The position numbers were made by a program, and so were the translations under genes. 64,000 nucleotides of DNA from Takakia lepidozioides. Lineage: Eukaryota; Plantae; Bryophyta. This document shows positions 24,565-37,527 of this stretch, in pieces (position 1 is the first letter of the stretch; each line of letters opens with the position of its first letter). The stretch is taken from positions 12,214,001 through 12,278,000 of the forward strand of contig CM060733.1 of NCBI GenBank assembly GCA_030704615.1. Direction: 5' to 3'. Under the pieces are notes generated by a model, which was not told the DNA's origin, ran no database searches, and saw only the letters and a program-made list of their open reading frames with translations.

Positions 24565-24675
24565 AAGAAGTTGGTCTTGGTCTTACCTCCCTGCAGGGCA
24601 TGTGCAGCTGAATCATAGACCCTTGCCGCGGCCTGCTCTGCTATGTCAAAAGTGCCTAGCCACGACTTGACAGCC
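24565..24675 (-). pseudogene. Isolated AP2/ERF DNA-binding-domain fragment (C-terminal half)
   Basis: Translates AVKSWLGTFDIAEQAAARVYDSAAHALQGGKTKTNF, matching the WLGTF/RAYD/KTNF consensus. No N-terminal YRGVR half and no open frame. Confidence 0.85.
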
Positions 24676-26024
24676 TAGGTGGCTGCTGGTTGCACTTTTG
24701 CATTACCTGCCAGGCTGCCTCTACCAGAGCAATTAATCAGCTTCATGGCCAGCAGGCACAAACCTTGAACTAAATCATAGATCAGAAGCCATTATCGAGA
24801 CGTCCATAGATCCAAAGAACTAGCACCGTCATAGAGCGTGGAGCGATCCATGCGATCAAGGCCAACCGAGCCGAGATTGAGATCTTTGCTTAAACCAAAC
24901 TTCCATCTTCCAACGAGAATTCAATTCTCTGCGGTACTGAGGTTGGTTGGCCTACTAATTTCATGTGCCATCGCATAGAAAAGAATCAACAAAGCAGTTC
25001 CGGCCACCTCAGCCCACATATGTGCTGGCTACCCAAATTCGACCAGTCCTTCTTGAAACTCCGAAATCCTAATAAATGCTGAACCCCAACACCAATGGAA
25101 GAAACTGAGCTGTTGTCTTGGAACACAGACTGCCCTCGACCTATTATTAGCTGCAATCCATCTTACGTGAGGGAAAATCCATGTATCCGTGAACCTTCTT
25201 CACAACCGTGGGTGATACCATTGTAAAGAGTCTAAGAAAAATTCCTGCCATAGCCGTTCTTTACTCATGGCTTCGCCTTCTGAAAGCAGTCCACCGTCAG
25301 CAGCCCAACTTGGATCGAGCTGAGTATGAAACCCCCATTCGCTAGCCTTATCATCACCAAGTTGTTACAGGCCCTGTCCATACTGATTAGCCCCATAATA
25401 TCCTGCAGCAGATTCAAGACAAACACGGCTAACTGAAGGTGGCCATGAGCTTCCGCCTTCAGTTCCAGATGTTGCCGCGTTCAACATACACGAGGTTGCT
25501 AGTAAAAGAGAGCTTACATGTCCAATGGCCAACAACAGTGCCACCTCTCGTCTTTTCAGACCGTAACTCTCATACAATGCTTCCCCGTAACTGTAGCAGT
25601 TCTGCACACCGTCACCGTCTGATCTACCATTCTTGGTGACCTCACTAGCCCCAATACATGCTTCCACTTATGCTCCGCTCAGTGATTTCAGATGGCGCCG
25701 CTAGTACTTGGACTGGCCCCCATGGTGAGGATTGAATCGGCTCAGCCTTCAGTGTTGGGCGATGCACCAGTTAACCTTAGTTGCGGGAAGCAATACCTTC
25801 TTTCACATAGGCTTCTCAGTTCGTCCTCTTCCAACAACCATGTACAAAGCAGCGCGGTCCTTTCTGTTCTCATAGCCACTATCTTCTATTCTACATATAT
25901 ATGGATTACATAATTCTCCACTTCACCAGCTCTCAAAACAAGCTTTGAAACAAAAACAGTGCTAAACTAAAAACTCACATCTCGCACTAACGATGCAAGC
26001 TCATGCAAGCTCATCTCTCTCGAG

Positions 26025-26382
26025 TGATATGAAAACTAAACTCACACTGTTTGTTGACACAAAAACACGAAGTACAACACAATCACTCGTAAAATAAGAG
26101 TAGAGCCTGGGGCACCCCAAGCTATGGGGACTCCACCCCACAACATCCCACTCTCCCTCCATAAGTACACTCAGATGCTAAGCAGCGAGGGAGCTCGGCT
26201 GTGCAGGCTCAACTCGAGAGAGATGAGCCGCACGACTGATGAGCTCCTGAAGATAAGATGGTTCAGGTGTCAAATTAAACTTGACACCTGACTTAACACT
26301 TGAACTAATTTCAAGTGTTAAATACAAATAACTAGATTTATTCTAGTTAGTTTCACACTGTGTTTATTTAACTTGACACCTG
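26025..26382 (-). repeat. Partial LTR-P copy, inverted relative to 705-1063
   Basis: Reverse complement caggtgtcaagttaaataaacacagtgtgaaac...gtttagttttcatatca aligns across 705-1063. Confidence 0.92.
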
Positions 26383-29066
26383 CATCACGGACTTCGCCAT
26401 CTCATCCTTTCGGTAAGCCTTCCGGATCTTCTTTTGAAGCGTCGTCTCGCCCCTGTACACCAACATGAGCTGCTACTTTCTACTTAAAGCATCGGCCACC
26501 ACATTGTCTCGTCCCGGTTTGTACTGGATATCCACATCGAACACTACCAAAGTGTCTTGCCACCTAAGTTGTTTTGGGGACAACTTAGGCTGCGTGGCTC
26601 CGGGATGTTCTGGACTGGAGCTACCGCCATCCGCTGCTTCAACTCGGCAAAAGCTTGGCCACAAAAGGTGTTCCATACCCATACCTTGGACTTACACAGA
26701 AGGTCTGATAGCAGCCCCGCGATCCTGGCAAAATTTCTCACATACTTTCGGTAATAGGAGGCGAGTCCTAGAAAGGATCGCACTCCCGGGACCGAAGTCG
26801 GAGGCTCCCAGTCCAAGATCGCCCTCACCTTTCTGTCATCCATTTTGACCTCATCCTGAGGAACTCCACTTTTGTGACCCCGAATTCGCATTTTGAAGCT
26901 TTGGCATACAGCTTCCAGGGTTCCCGCAATTTCGGGAACTCCCTTTTGAGGTGCTCCAGGTACTCTTCATTTGTTTTCGAGTACACCAAGATGTCGTCGA
27001 TGTACACGATCACAAAGTCATCCAACCACTCCTGAAAAAGGCTGTTCATTAGCATGCTAAAGGTCGCGGGTGCATTGGTGAGCCCAAAAGGCATCACCAA
27101 GAACTCATATGAACCATATCTTGTCCTACACGCGGTCTTCTCCTCATCTCTTTTCGCCACTCGGATTTGATGGTAGTCGGAGCGCAAATCGATCCGGCTG
27201 AAATACTTCGCTCCTGCCAACCGATCGAAGAGGTCGTCGATCCTTGGCAAAGGGTACCGGTTTTTGATAGTCACTTTATTCAGAGCCCTGTAATCGACAC
27301 ACATCCACAATGTCCCATCTTTCTTGTCTGCGAATAGCACCGGGGCTCCGTAGGGTGAGTTACTCGGCTGGATGTACCCCTTTGACATTAGATCCTTGAG
27401 CTGAGCCTTCAGCTCGACCAACTCTCTGTGGCTCAACCGGTAGGGCGCCTTGGCAGGCGGCTCCGATCCCGGTATCACCTCAATCTTGTGGTCAACTCCC
27501 TTCGCGGTGGCAAGCCGCTTGGTAAATCCTCCGGCATCACATCCTAGTATTCTCCAAGATCCCCTTGTTCCAATGTGGGCTCGGCTCCCTATCGCCTTCT
27601 CCCTCCACTTGTCTTATGTAAAGCAAAAACTGGGGCTCGTGTGGCTCCCCCACGGCCCACTCTTTTGCTAATAGCAGGTTTATTCGCCCTCCCACTGGGT
27701 TAGGTGTTTCCGACACTCGTAAAACTTCACCACCATTCCCACACGGTAGCGTGACTATTCTCTTGCGGCCATCTGTGACTGCTCCGGATTTGCTCAAAAA
27801 GGTCATCCCCAAAATGAGATCCACTCTATCAATCTCGCAAATGGTGAAGTTCTCACGTCCCTCCCAATTCCCGAGCTGAAGAGGAACATCGAACGCCAAC
27901 CTCGTCGCCAATTGTGGTTTTCCTTTGGCAGAATGCACTTCAAAGGAGGCCCCCACATCACTTGTCGAGAGCCCCAGCTTCCTTCCGTTGTCGGTGTCAT
28001 GAAGGAGTGCGACACTCCTGTGTCCATCAACAACGACACGTTAGTTCCGGAAATCATCCCACTCACGAACATTAACTGACTCCCTTTACGTAAAGGGCCA
28101 GTCTCTTGATACAACTCACAAAAGTAGTTGCCTACCTTGCAAGTCTTGGCGACCACTGCTTCCACCAAACGGTTGATGGAATCTTTGGACAGCTCCGTGG
28201 CCGCCCGAGTCATGTTCAATTGACGGGGCTTCGCGCACTTCTTAGCCATGTGCCCGGGCTCTCCGCAATTAAAGCACACTCCATCGAAGGTCGCCTTCTG
28301 TCCATTATAAGCCGTCGCACCTGATTTTCTTTTCGGAGCACCGGGTGCCGCCTTGACGTGTGAAGGCCCTCCTTTCGATTTCCATGTGTCATTGTCGCCG
28401 CGTGGCCTATCCCACTTCTTTTCCGGTCGGAAGGAATCACCCTCCCGCCAAGTCTTCTTGCGGTTCAGCTCCGTACAGCCTTGTCTTTCGCCCCTAGGGA
28501 CATCCGAAAAACATTCAGCCCTTTCAATTGCCTTGTTCAAAGTCTTAGGTGGCTTCTCCTCCAACTTCCGCCTGGCCCATGGGGCCAGTCCCGCCACAAA
28601 GTTGAAGACCATTTCTGGTTCCGCCATATCCGCGACTTCGAGCAACAGCACATTGAAAGCCTGAACATAAGCCCGAATGTCACCCGTTTGCTTCAAATTC
28701 CTCATCTTGTCCCGGGCGAGCCTGGACGCGTTGAGAGGCACAAACTGTGTTTTCATAAGTTCCTTGAACCCACTCTAGCTCAAGGTTTCTGGGTTTGGAT
28801 TTTGATCGTGAAGGCGTTTCTGCCACCATTGTTGAGCATAGCCCCTCAAATAGGTGGGAGACACTTCCACCCGATCCTCGTTACTCAACTTGGCCACCCG
28901 GAAGTACTGCTCTAGCTCCAAGAGCCAAGTGTTGAGTGCCTTCCGATTTCGGACGCCCTCGAAGGTGTTGGGTTCCTTAGGCTTCACCTTAAACTTTGCC
29001 TTAGTGGAAGTGACATTAGCCGCTTTCAACACGTCTTTCAACGTCCCGCCAAACTGCGCCAACAAC

Positions 29067-32000
29067 CACTACAATAGATCGCGGTATATATGACTGTATA
29101 TATGACTATCCCGTAGTCATAAACGGTACATATGACTGCAATGACATTAAGTCATGCAAACCAAGTGAATACAATGAATATAGTATGGTCGGTCATGGAT
29201 GACTACAATTAGATGAACCAAGTGATACATCTCACTGTCATGTGGCAGTCATATGTACTTCTACTATATATGACTTAGTGTGCTACTGCAAACTGTACAC
29301 ATGTCTCTTTTTTATAAGTCCAGGAGGTTTTGTGGATGTGTGCCATATGGCGTCTCCCGAAACTGCCATGTGGCATATCCATGAGGAGGATCTGCAGTCA
29401 TCATCTTGACTACAACCATGCTAATATCTGGACACGTGGCATATAAGGAGAGGTCTTACAGTCATTGTCATGACTACAAACATCCTGATATGTGGACACG
29501 TGGCATGTATCGAGGAGGTCTTGCAGTCATGATCATGACTATGACATGCTGATAAATGGACACGTGGTGTCATATGAGGGGTTGTTTTGAACTTTTAAAT
29601 GTATTGGATAGTCAGAGCAGCGACTATGCTTATCTTGTTAGGGCTAGTAGAGATCAGGGTTAGTATTATTCAATACTAAACAAAGAGAAGAACAAAGGGA
29701 AGAACAGAGACAAAAAATGACTCTGCAAATGAATGCTTTATTCACAGGCAAGAATCACAGGAAAGAACAAAGTCAGCAAGTGGAAAGGACAAAACATAGG
29801 CACTTAAAGACAACAGTAGATGTAAGAACTGCTGCCAGTCAAATTTACAATATAACACTGGAGTCCCAAAATTTGCTCCTCAAACAATAGTATGACAAAG
29901 TGCAAAGGACACTACATATGCACTGAAGATAGCAACAGATGTAAAATGCGTATGTCTTTCTACATTTGCTACTGTTCCAGCACAACAACAAATCAGCAGG
30001 ATTCACGTCCGGCCTGCTGTGTGTACCCTGCAAACATCGCATTCCACGACACCACATCTCGTTCAGCCATGGTGTTGAAAACTCCCTTCGCATCCTTAAT
30101 GCACCCACATTTGGCATACATGTCCACCAGGACAGTGTTCAGAATGACATCCGGCACAATTCCAGCTTTGACGATGTCACCATGGACCTCTTTCTGGCCC
30201 TCTTGGATGAATCTGGGCCCACACTCTATCCCTGCTCCTTCAGCTATCCATGCCTATGCACAAATCATGCATACATCCTTGCCTTGCTACTAGCAGCTGA
30301 CGATGACAGCCTAGATTTGTTTTAGGAAACACCCAACTCAACTTATCACACTAGTTCCTATGCTCAATTGCATCTGTTACTCTCTATAATCAGACAGACA
30401 TTCACTTTCTTGCCTCGATTGTCCCACCATTGACTGGGTAAGAAAGTATTCATTCCACAACTTCTCCTCATCTCTGTTACCTGTTTCTGGATACTTTTAT
30501 GTTGTCACATTGGCAGTACTCTTCGTAGTCATACTTCAAACAGGCATATGCCCTGCAAAACATGCAAGAGCAAGAGACAGACAGAAGGGAGACAGAAATC
30601 AAGACAGAAGGGAGACATAAATCAAGAGTGTCCCTTCCAAATCCAGGTACTAAATGTACAGTAAGAGAAATTATACCTCCTCAACATCCCGGAGCTTAAG
30701 CTGCTCAATAAGGAACAACTGCTCAAAAACATCTCGCTCCTCTTCAAGCTTATTAAGTTCAATAAGATTCCAAAAACCGTAGCCCATGCAAACACCCAAA
30801 CACAACAAAGTCATTGGAAGTAGCATAAGTAACATTCATTTATCTAAGATGATGATGCTTCCAGACAAAATATCAGCCTGCAACCAACACACATAATGCC
30901 ATTTCTCTCATTTCTTACTTGCCAGATTGTCTGAGCTGACTGAGACAGCACATAAAAAAGAAGTCCCAAGGGAAAGGACCTGTTTGCATGCTTGCTCCAG
31001 TTGCAAAATGTTGCTGACATGCGAGCCCATCAGTAATGATCCAGTACTGTCGCTCCTTATGTGGCCCAGCCTCTAGCATTCAGGCAGCTTACATCACCCT
31101 CTTTTCACTTTAACTTCCAAGTTGTGCTCAAATTTCAGCACCAAGAAACATCTCCTCATAGTAAACTGGATAAAGGACGATATTAGACTGGTGTGACTGG
31201 CACAAATGCTCCACTGACCATGACCACATTTCCTGACTGTTTAGACAGAAGATAGCATAAGCTTAGGCCTGAACAAGTTGCTTACACTAACAAATGGTCG
31301 ATGAGTGATTCTTGGACGGCACCTAGGCAGCATTACCTAGGACCCCTGCCATGAGGAGGCAGAGTAAATCAGTTGGGAGAGTCTGGTGTTCCCAGCAGCT
31401 CTGACAACGAAACACAAATGAAACAATAGAAGAAATACGTTTGCTTCAAGAAAATCCAAACTCTTGTGAATCCTTGGAGATTCTGACAGCCTGAAAAGGA
31501 ATTTCAACTAGTGAGATGGTCACAAATGCCGCATGTGAAAACAATCCCCCACTAATGAGCAACTCATCCGGTCATTCCATCATCAACCATTGACAAGTCT
31601 CTTTATTGTTATGCAATCTGCTGAGAGAGAGCGAGAAGTATAAATTAGACTAAGCCTGCCTACAGTTTCACATCTTGAATGTTATCCCATGTTATCCCAT
31701 AGGGACAGCTCCGGCACCTCAACAATCAGTTCCAGAGTAACAATGCAATCTTATCAAAAAAATCTCATACACTCTAACTGAGTGTGGATTGAGCATCGTA
31801 AGTATTCATAACAACATCCATTCTACCAATAAAGTGTAAAAGGTTGAGCAAAGAATTGTATGAAGAATGCATGACAAGTTTCAGTATAAATAGAAACACT
31901 TGCCTCACATCAGAAAGAGTTCGCAATTCTTGCCCTGGCAAAGTTGAGCTGGCCATGCAATGCTCCCCGCAGTCCTGCTCAGGAACAACAACATTCACTC

Positions 32001-35000
32001 ACTGATCCCACTGGAGCTCTTTGACAACTTTTGAGCTACAAGACAGTTCTCTAGAAGAGAGAGACAACGTCAGCCAAAGCCAACATAAATGAGAGCCCCA
32101 TCCCCACCAGGGCTACCGCCCTCTTTGGAGGAGGGCTCTAAAGGCCCTAGACAAATGTTGGCTAACAGCTGCATGGGACCCCTCATAATATGAAGACTGT
32201 CCACAATCAATAGCATTTAATGTCACTTGCATCTGGGGGACTCTCTTTTCAAGTTGTTGCTTTGAGTTTGGAAAAAATCTTCCAATTGTCTCAACATGGA
32301 GCATCACAGTCTCCAACAGCTTCATATGGGTAAACTACTTCACATTTACACAAAAAAGGTGATACATTCCCAGATAACTGAGGCTGTCTCAGTGAAGGAA
32401 TGGACATTGCTACAACAGATGAAGACAGCAAGATAGCAATTGCCCTCTCAATTGAGAATTGTTTCATCCAGCTGAGGTACTTCAAAGCAGCAGTAATCAG
32501 TGCTTACAGCGGTAACTTATGGCTTGCTCCACAGCTGTAATTGGACAAAGGAAGTTTCTACAACATGTCTGACACATTGTTTAGGCATCCCTAGGTCCCT
32601 GCAGATTTCTGATACTAGAACAAAAGATTGTTGTTGCCTCCTTTGAAGCACCCTTAACCTCCAAGCATAACTATCCTGATCCGAGAGGGCCACAATGTCG
32701 AGAGCACCATTCTCCTAATTAAGGGAAACAGAGGGGCAGAAACTATCAAAGGTTCACTCAACCAACTAACATGCAGAATTCAACATGGAAACTTAGGGTC
32801 GATTCTAATAAGAAGGAAAAATAGGGTGAAATATGTTGAAGAAAGTGCCTTCATTAGCAGTGCCTGATTTATCAATTCCGCCACTACTGCTGCAGCTTCC
32901 AGTTGACCATCTATCCATGTAGGTTGCTAGCAGCTATTGATCCACAAGGAATCATAGGAGCTTGAAGTCCGGCCCTCTTCGATGAATCTGGACCCACACT
33001 CTATCCCTGCTCCTTCAGCTATCCATGCCTCTACCAAACTCATGCATTCACCCTTGCCTTGCTGCTAGCAGCTGACAATGAAAGCCTCAAATTGTTCTAG
33101 GAAATACCCAACTCAACTTATCACACTAATTCCTATGCTCAATTGCATCTTCTACTCTCTGTAATCCAACATGCATTCACCTTTTTGCCTTGATTGTCCC
33201 ACCATTGAAAAGTATTCTCTAAACAGAACGCTCCCAGGCTTGCATACGCATTGCAAACACAAACAAATGTGATGCGGTTGGGCTTTAACCTTTCGCGCAA
33301 CATTTGCTCATAGGTCTCCAAAGCATTCCTACCAACCGTATGGTTGGTAAATCCTGCCAACATTATATTCCACATGATCAAAGATCGTTGAGGGATTCTG
33401 TTGAACACTTGGTGAGCATAGATGTACACCAGGGGAATGTTCAGAATGACATTTGATACAATTCCAGCTTTGATAATGTCACCATGAACCTCTTTGACCA
33501 TTCCCAGGGCTCTAAGCGCATATGCATATTATAAACACAAATTAGCATGACCTGGTTTGGCTTCATCCCTTCCCACATCATTTGATCTTAGGTTTCTAAA
33601 GCCTTAATCCCATACCCATGGCGCTACACATACCTTGCAATCATGGCACTCCAAAACACCATATCTCGTTCAGCCATATTGTCGAACTATCCCTTTGCAT
33701 CAGGCTTGCTGCACCCACATTTGGCATACATGTCCACCAGGGCAGTGTTCAGAATGACATCTGGTACAAATCCAGCTTTGATGATGTCACCATGGACCTC
33801 GATCTTTCCCCTTTTCCAGAGCTCCCAAGCTTGCACACGCATTGCAAACACAAACAAACGTGATGTGGTTGGGCTTCACCCCTTCGTGCATGCTCATAGG
33901 TCTCCAAAGCATTCCTACCACACCCATGCTTGGTAACTCCTGCCAACATTATATTCCACGTGATCAAAGATTGTTGAGGCATTCTGTTGAACACTTGGTG
34001 AGCACCATGATGCTTCCGCACTTAACATACATGGAGACAAGGGTGTTGAGTAGAAAAACATTTGGCGTGCATCTACTTTGGATAATGTAAGTGTGCACCT
34101 TCTTTCCAGCGTCCAGACCTTCCATCTTGTTGCACTTAAGCAAGGGACAGACATACGTACCTCAAACTGCTAAAATGCCTCATTGGTTTTAAGTCTGTAG
34201 AGCCTCTGTCAGTCTGCTTGCCGCAAAGCATCTTCACATGCCCAGAAGTGCCAGAAGAGGCATGGTGGACTCCCTCTCTTGATCCTCTTTTAGAAGCTAT
34301 GGTCATGGTTGAGGTGCGTGGTTTCATGAACTGTGCCGCTGCAGCTGCAACCTTTAGTTGACCATCTACCATGCAGGTTTCTTGTAGCTATTGATCCATA
34401 GGGAATCACATCTGGTAAAATTCCAGCTTTGGCGATGCAACCATGCACCTCTTTGCCCTTTTCCAAGGCTGCCAGGCATGCACACGCACACAAACCTGAT
34501 GTGGTCGGGCTTCACCCTTCCCCAATCATTTGCTCATAGGTCTCCAAAGCCTCCATCCCATGCCCCTGCTATGCATACCCTGCAAGCATGGCGTTCCACG
34601 ACACCACATCTCGTTCAGTCAGAGTTTAGAAAACTCCCTTCGCATCCTGAATGCACCCACATTTGACAAACATGTCCACCAGGGCAGTGTACATGATGAC
34701 ATTTGGTACAATTCTAGCTTTGACGATGTCACCATGGACCTCTTTCCCCTTTCCCAGAGCTCACACACATTGCAAACACAAACAAATCTGATGTGGTTGG
34801 GCTTCTCCCCTTCGCACATCATTTGGTCATAGTTCTCAAAAGCCTCCATCCCACGCCGTAGTTGTGCATATCCTGCAATCATCGCACTCCACGATACCCA
34901 CATCTTGTTCAGCCATATTGTCGAACACTCCCTTCATACATGTCCACGAGGGTATTGTTCAAAATGACATGTGGTACAATTGCAGCTCTGACAATGTTGC

Positions 35001-36515
35001 CATGGACCTCTTTGCCCTTCTCCAGAGCTGCCAGGCTTGCACATACATTGCAAACTATCAAAGGTTCACTCAACCAATAACTTACAGAAATTCAACCTGA
35101 AAATTTAGGGCCGAAATTTTTGATAAGAGGGGAAAACAGGGTGAAATGTGTTGATGAAGGTTGCCTTCATTAGTAGTGCCTAATTTATCAATTGTGTCGC
35201 TGCTGCTGCGGCTTCCAGTTCACCATCTACCCATGCAGGTTTCTTGTAGCAATGGATCCACAGGGAATCATAGGTAATCTTGTGCTTGAAATCTGGTCCT
35301 CTTCCAGCAAACACCCCAACCCTAATGATGAGAGGGCAAAACAGACTGAAATAGGTTGAAGAAAAGGTGCCCTCACCAATTTAGGGCCGATTCTGATAAG
35401 AGGAGAAAACAGGGTGAAATGTGTTGAAGAATGTGCCTTGAGTAGTAGTGCCTGATTTTATCAATTATGCCGCTACTGCAATTTCCACAGCTGAACGGGC
35501 AGAGATTGAAATGCGGTCTGCTAAGACCAAGCTGACTCTCCCAAGAACCTTGTAAACATTAGGAAGAATACCAAATCATAACAGGAGCCAAGAGCCCACA
35601 TTTGCAGGATGGACTAACTTAGAAATTTACATGGTACATTAAGAAAAAGCCACACCTTGTGATTGCGGTTGTCCCACCATCATAAAGAAATTCAGGGCCG
35701 AGTCTGATGAGAGGTCAAAACAGGCTGAAATAGGTCGAAGAAGAAGGTGCCCTCACCACATTGTCCTCGACCTTGTGTCATGACCCATGGAGGATTTGAC
35801 TGACCATGAACACAATAGGACCTCTTGTGTGTGTTGCTTGTGTTTGTAGTCAGGTAATGTCGTATTGGTCTGTGAGAACCACCACGGTGCAACTGAGCGG
35901 GCGTCGATTGAAACACGGACTGCTAAGACCAGGCTGTCTCTCCCAAGAACCTTGTAAACATTAGGAAGAATACCAAATCATGGTACTAACAGGAGCCAAG
36001 AGCCCATTGCGGTTGCGGTGTAGATTGCGCTTCGTCCCTTCCTGCATCAGTAGCTCAAGAATAGGTCTGCAAAGCCTCCATCCCACACCTTTATCCTGCG
36101 ATCATCGCGTTCCATGACCCAACACAACAGCTCGAAACTAGGAAACCGCGCAGGGAAGGAAAAAAAAAAAAAAAACGAAGTCCCAGCCCTCTCATGCGCA
36201 ACCCTATAAGCAACTTTTTAAACCTTTTTAACCTTTTGGCTACCAGGCTTGGACTAGAAGTCATTCCGGCGACTATTTGGTGGTGAGCTCGCACTGGTCA
36301 ACCATCATTGACCAACCATCCGTTTAGTGTGGAGCCATGCAGTCATGACGACGTCTATCAAAGTAATCGCCCAAAGGACTACGTAGTCACGTAGTCATTT
36401 AAACGACTACGTGAAGCCCCATTTGGTCCAAAAATACAGGGAAGTCATGGTCAAAGTCAGAAAAACCATGACTACCACGGCTCGGCAGTTAAATATACCT
36501 CGATCTGTTGTAGTG
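29067..36515. mobile_element. Non-autonomous CACTA element (~7.4 kb) carrying captured gene fragments (Pack-CACTA)
   Basis: TIRs CACTACAATAGATCG...CGATCTGTTGTAGTG; 3-bp TSD AAC (29064-29066 and 36516-36518); subterminal GACTAC/GTCAT repeats; gag rejoins when removed; no transposase recognised inside. Confidence 0.93.
33215..35050 (-). pseudogene. Degenerate PLS-class pentatricopeptide-repeat (PPR) fragments; more at ~29970-30190 and ~36000-36120
   Basis: Repeated motifs KEVHGDIIKAGI..NVIL, AHQVFNRMPQQSLITWNIML, VSWSAMIAGYAQ, KPNRITFVCVCNA, with many frameshifts and stops. Confidence 0.9.
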
Positions 36516-36803
36516 AACCTTTCCCAAAAGGTTGCTGGCATGGGAGACATCTATTGGTCTGGCGGAGCCTCCGGAAAGTCCTCGGGCTCCGACTCCCTAG
36601 ATTCATCCCGTTCTTGAGTGGCCTCGCTTTCAAAAGCATGAATCGCCTCCTCAAATTGCCGCTTCGGTGACACGTCGCCCCCATCGGGCTCACCAGGATC
36701 ATCATCTTTCGGGCCGTTCCGCTTTCGTTTTGGCTTGCCCGACCCCATGATGAGGTCGATCTCAAGGACGATCGCGTACAGAACTCTAAGCTCTGATACC
36801 AAG

Positions 36804-37527
36804 TGACGCGCACCTCACTTCGGTAAGCTCCCCTTCAAGTCATAGTTACTCGCTTGATGCGTGCGCCTAATTTCCAAACTGGCCGCCGGGCCAACTCGGA
36901 GCTTCGGCTGCTCACCGGGACATAACGGTCCCCCTTTACTCCTCCACAAGACCCTCTCTCAATTTGGGCCTGGTGGAAATTCCCTTTGGTTGTTGGCAGT
37001 CCGAAACAACTCCCCACACCTTGATCGCTTTCCGGCTCGCACGCTTACTCACTAGTTTTTGGTCACCAACGGGCTTGCACCGTTCTTGGGGTTACTACTC
37101 CCTATATATACTTCTGTGACTGTCCGCAGGGGTTTCACAAACAACACCATCATTTTATGGCGAACCACCACGAATACCCTCCATTCCGGTGGTGAGTCGC
37201 GGTGAGTCTTGGCCCACCCACCACGGCCCCAATGGACCGTGATGAATCCCAAGACTCCTCACGACTCCCACCACAAGGTCTCCGCCCCATGGTGAGTCCT
37301 ATGCCACCCCCACTAAGTCCCACTAAGCTACCACCACCCCTCGTGGAACCACCCCCACCGCAACCCGGTGTGTGGGGTTCCACCTAGTGATCGCCTCCGC
37401 CTCCTCGAGTGCCTTGGGCACTCCAGGGTTCTTCAGCCCCCGTACCTATTGTTGCCACTGCCCCCACCACAGGGGCAGCCCCTCTTGTGTCCCGACCCCC
37501 CAGCCCTCAAGGCGAAGGGCCGCGACC
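36804..37527 (-). repeat. Family-A 5' LTR
   Basis: Reverse complement of the 3390-4118 type; followed by the iMet PBS; outer flank AAAAC (GTTTT on -). Confidence 0.95.

Larger units (their letters stand above)
26383..37527 (-). mobile_element. 5' half of a family-A chromovirus: 5' LTR, iMet PBS, gag, protease, RT, partial RNase H; interrupted by a CACTA element
   Basis: LTR 36804-37527; PBS TGGTATCAGAGC (36801-36790); gag with CFNCGEPGHMAKKC; LMDTGVSHSF; RT with YIDD near 27000; VVADALSRK at 26473. Collinear with 60825-64000. Confidence 0.93.

Noticed and set aside
26225-26260. Hammerhead ribozyme core in LTR-P (CTGATGAG...); similar motif near 35703
   Set aside because: The required GAAA and flanking stems are absent (GAAGA and AAAAC instead).
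30670-32490. Specific identity (e.g. separase) for exon-like fragments in the Pack-CACTA
   Set aside because: Resemblance is too weak to support without a database search.
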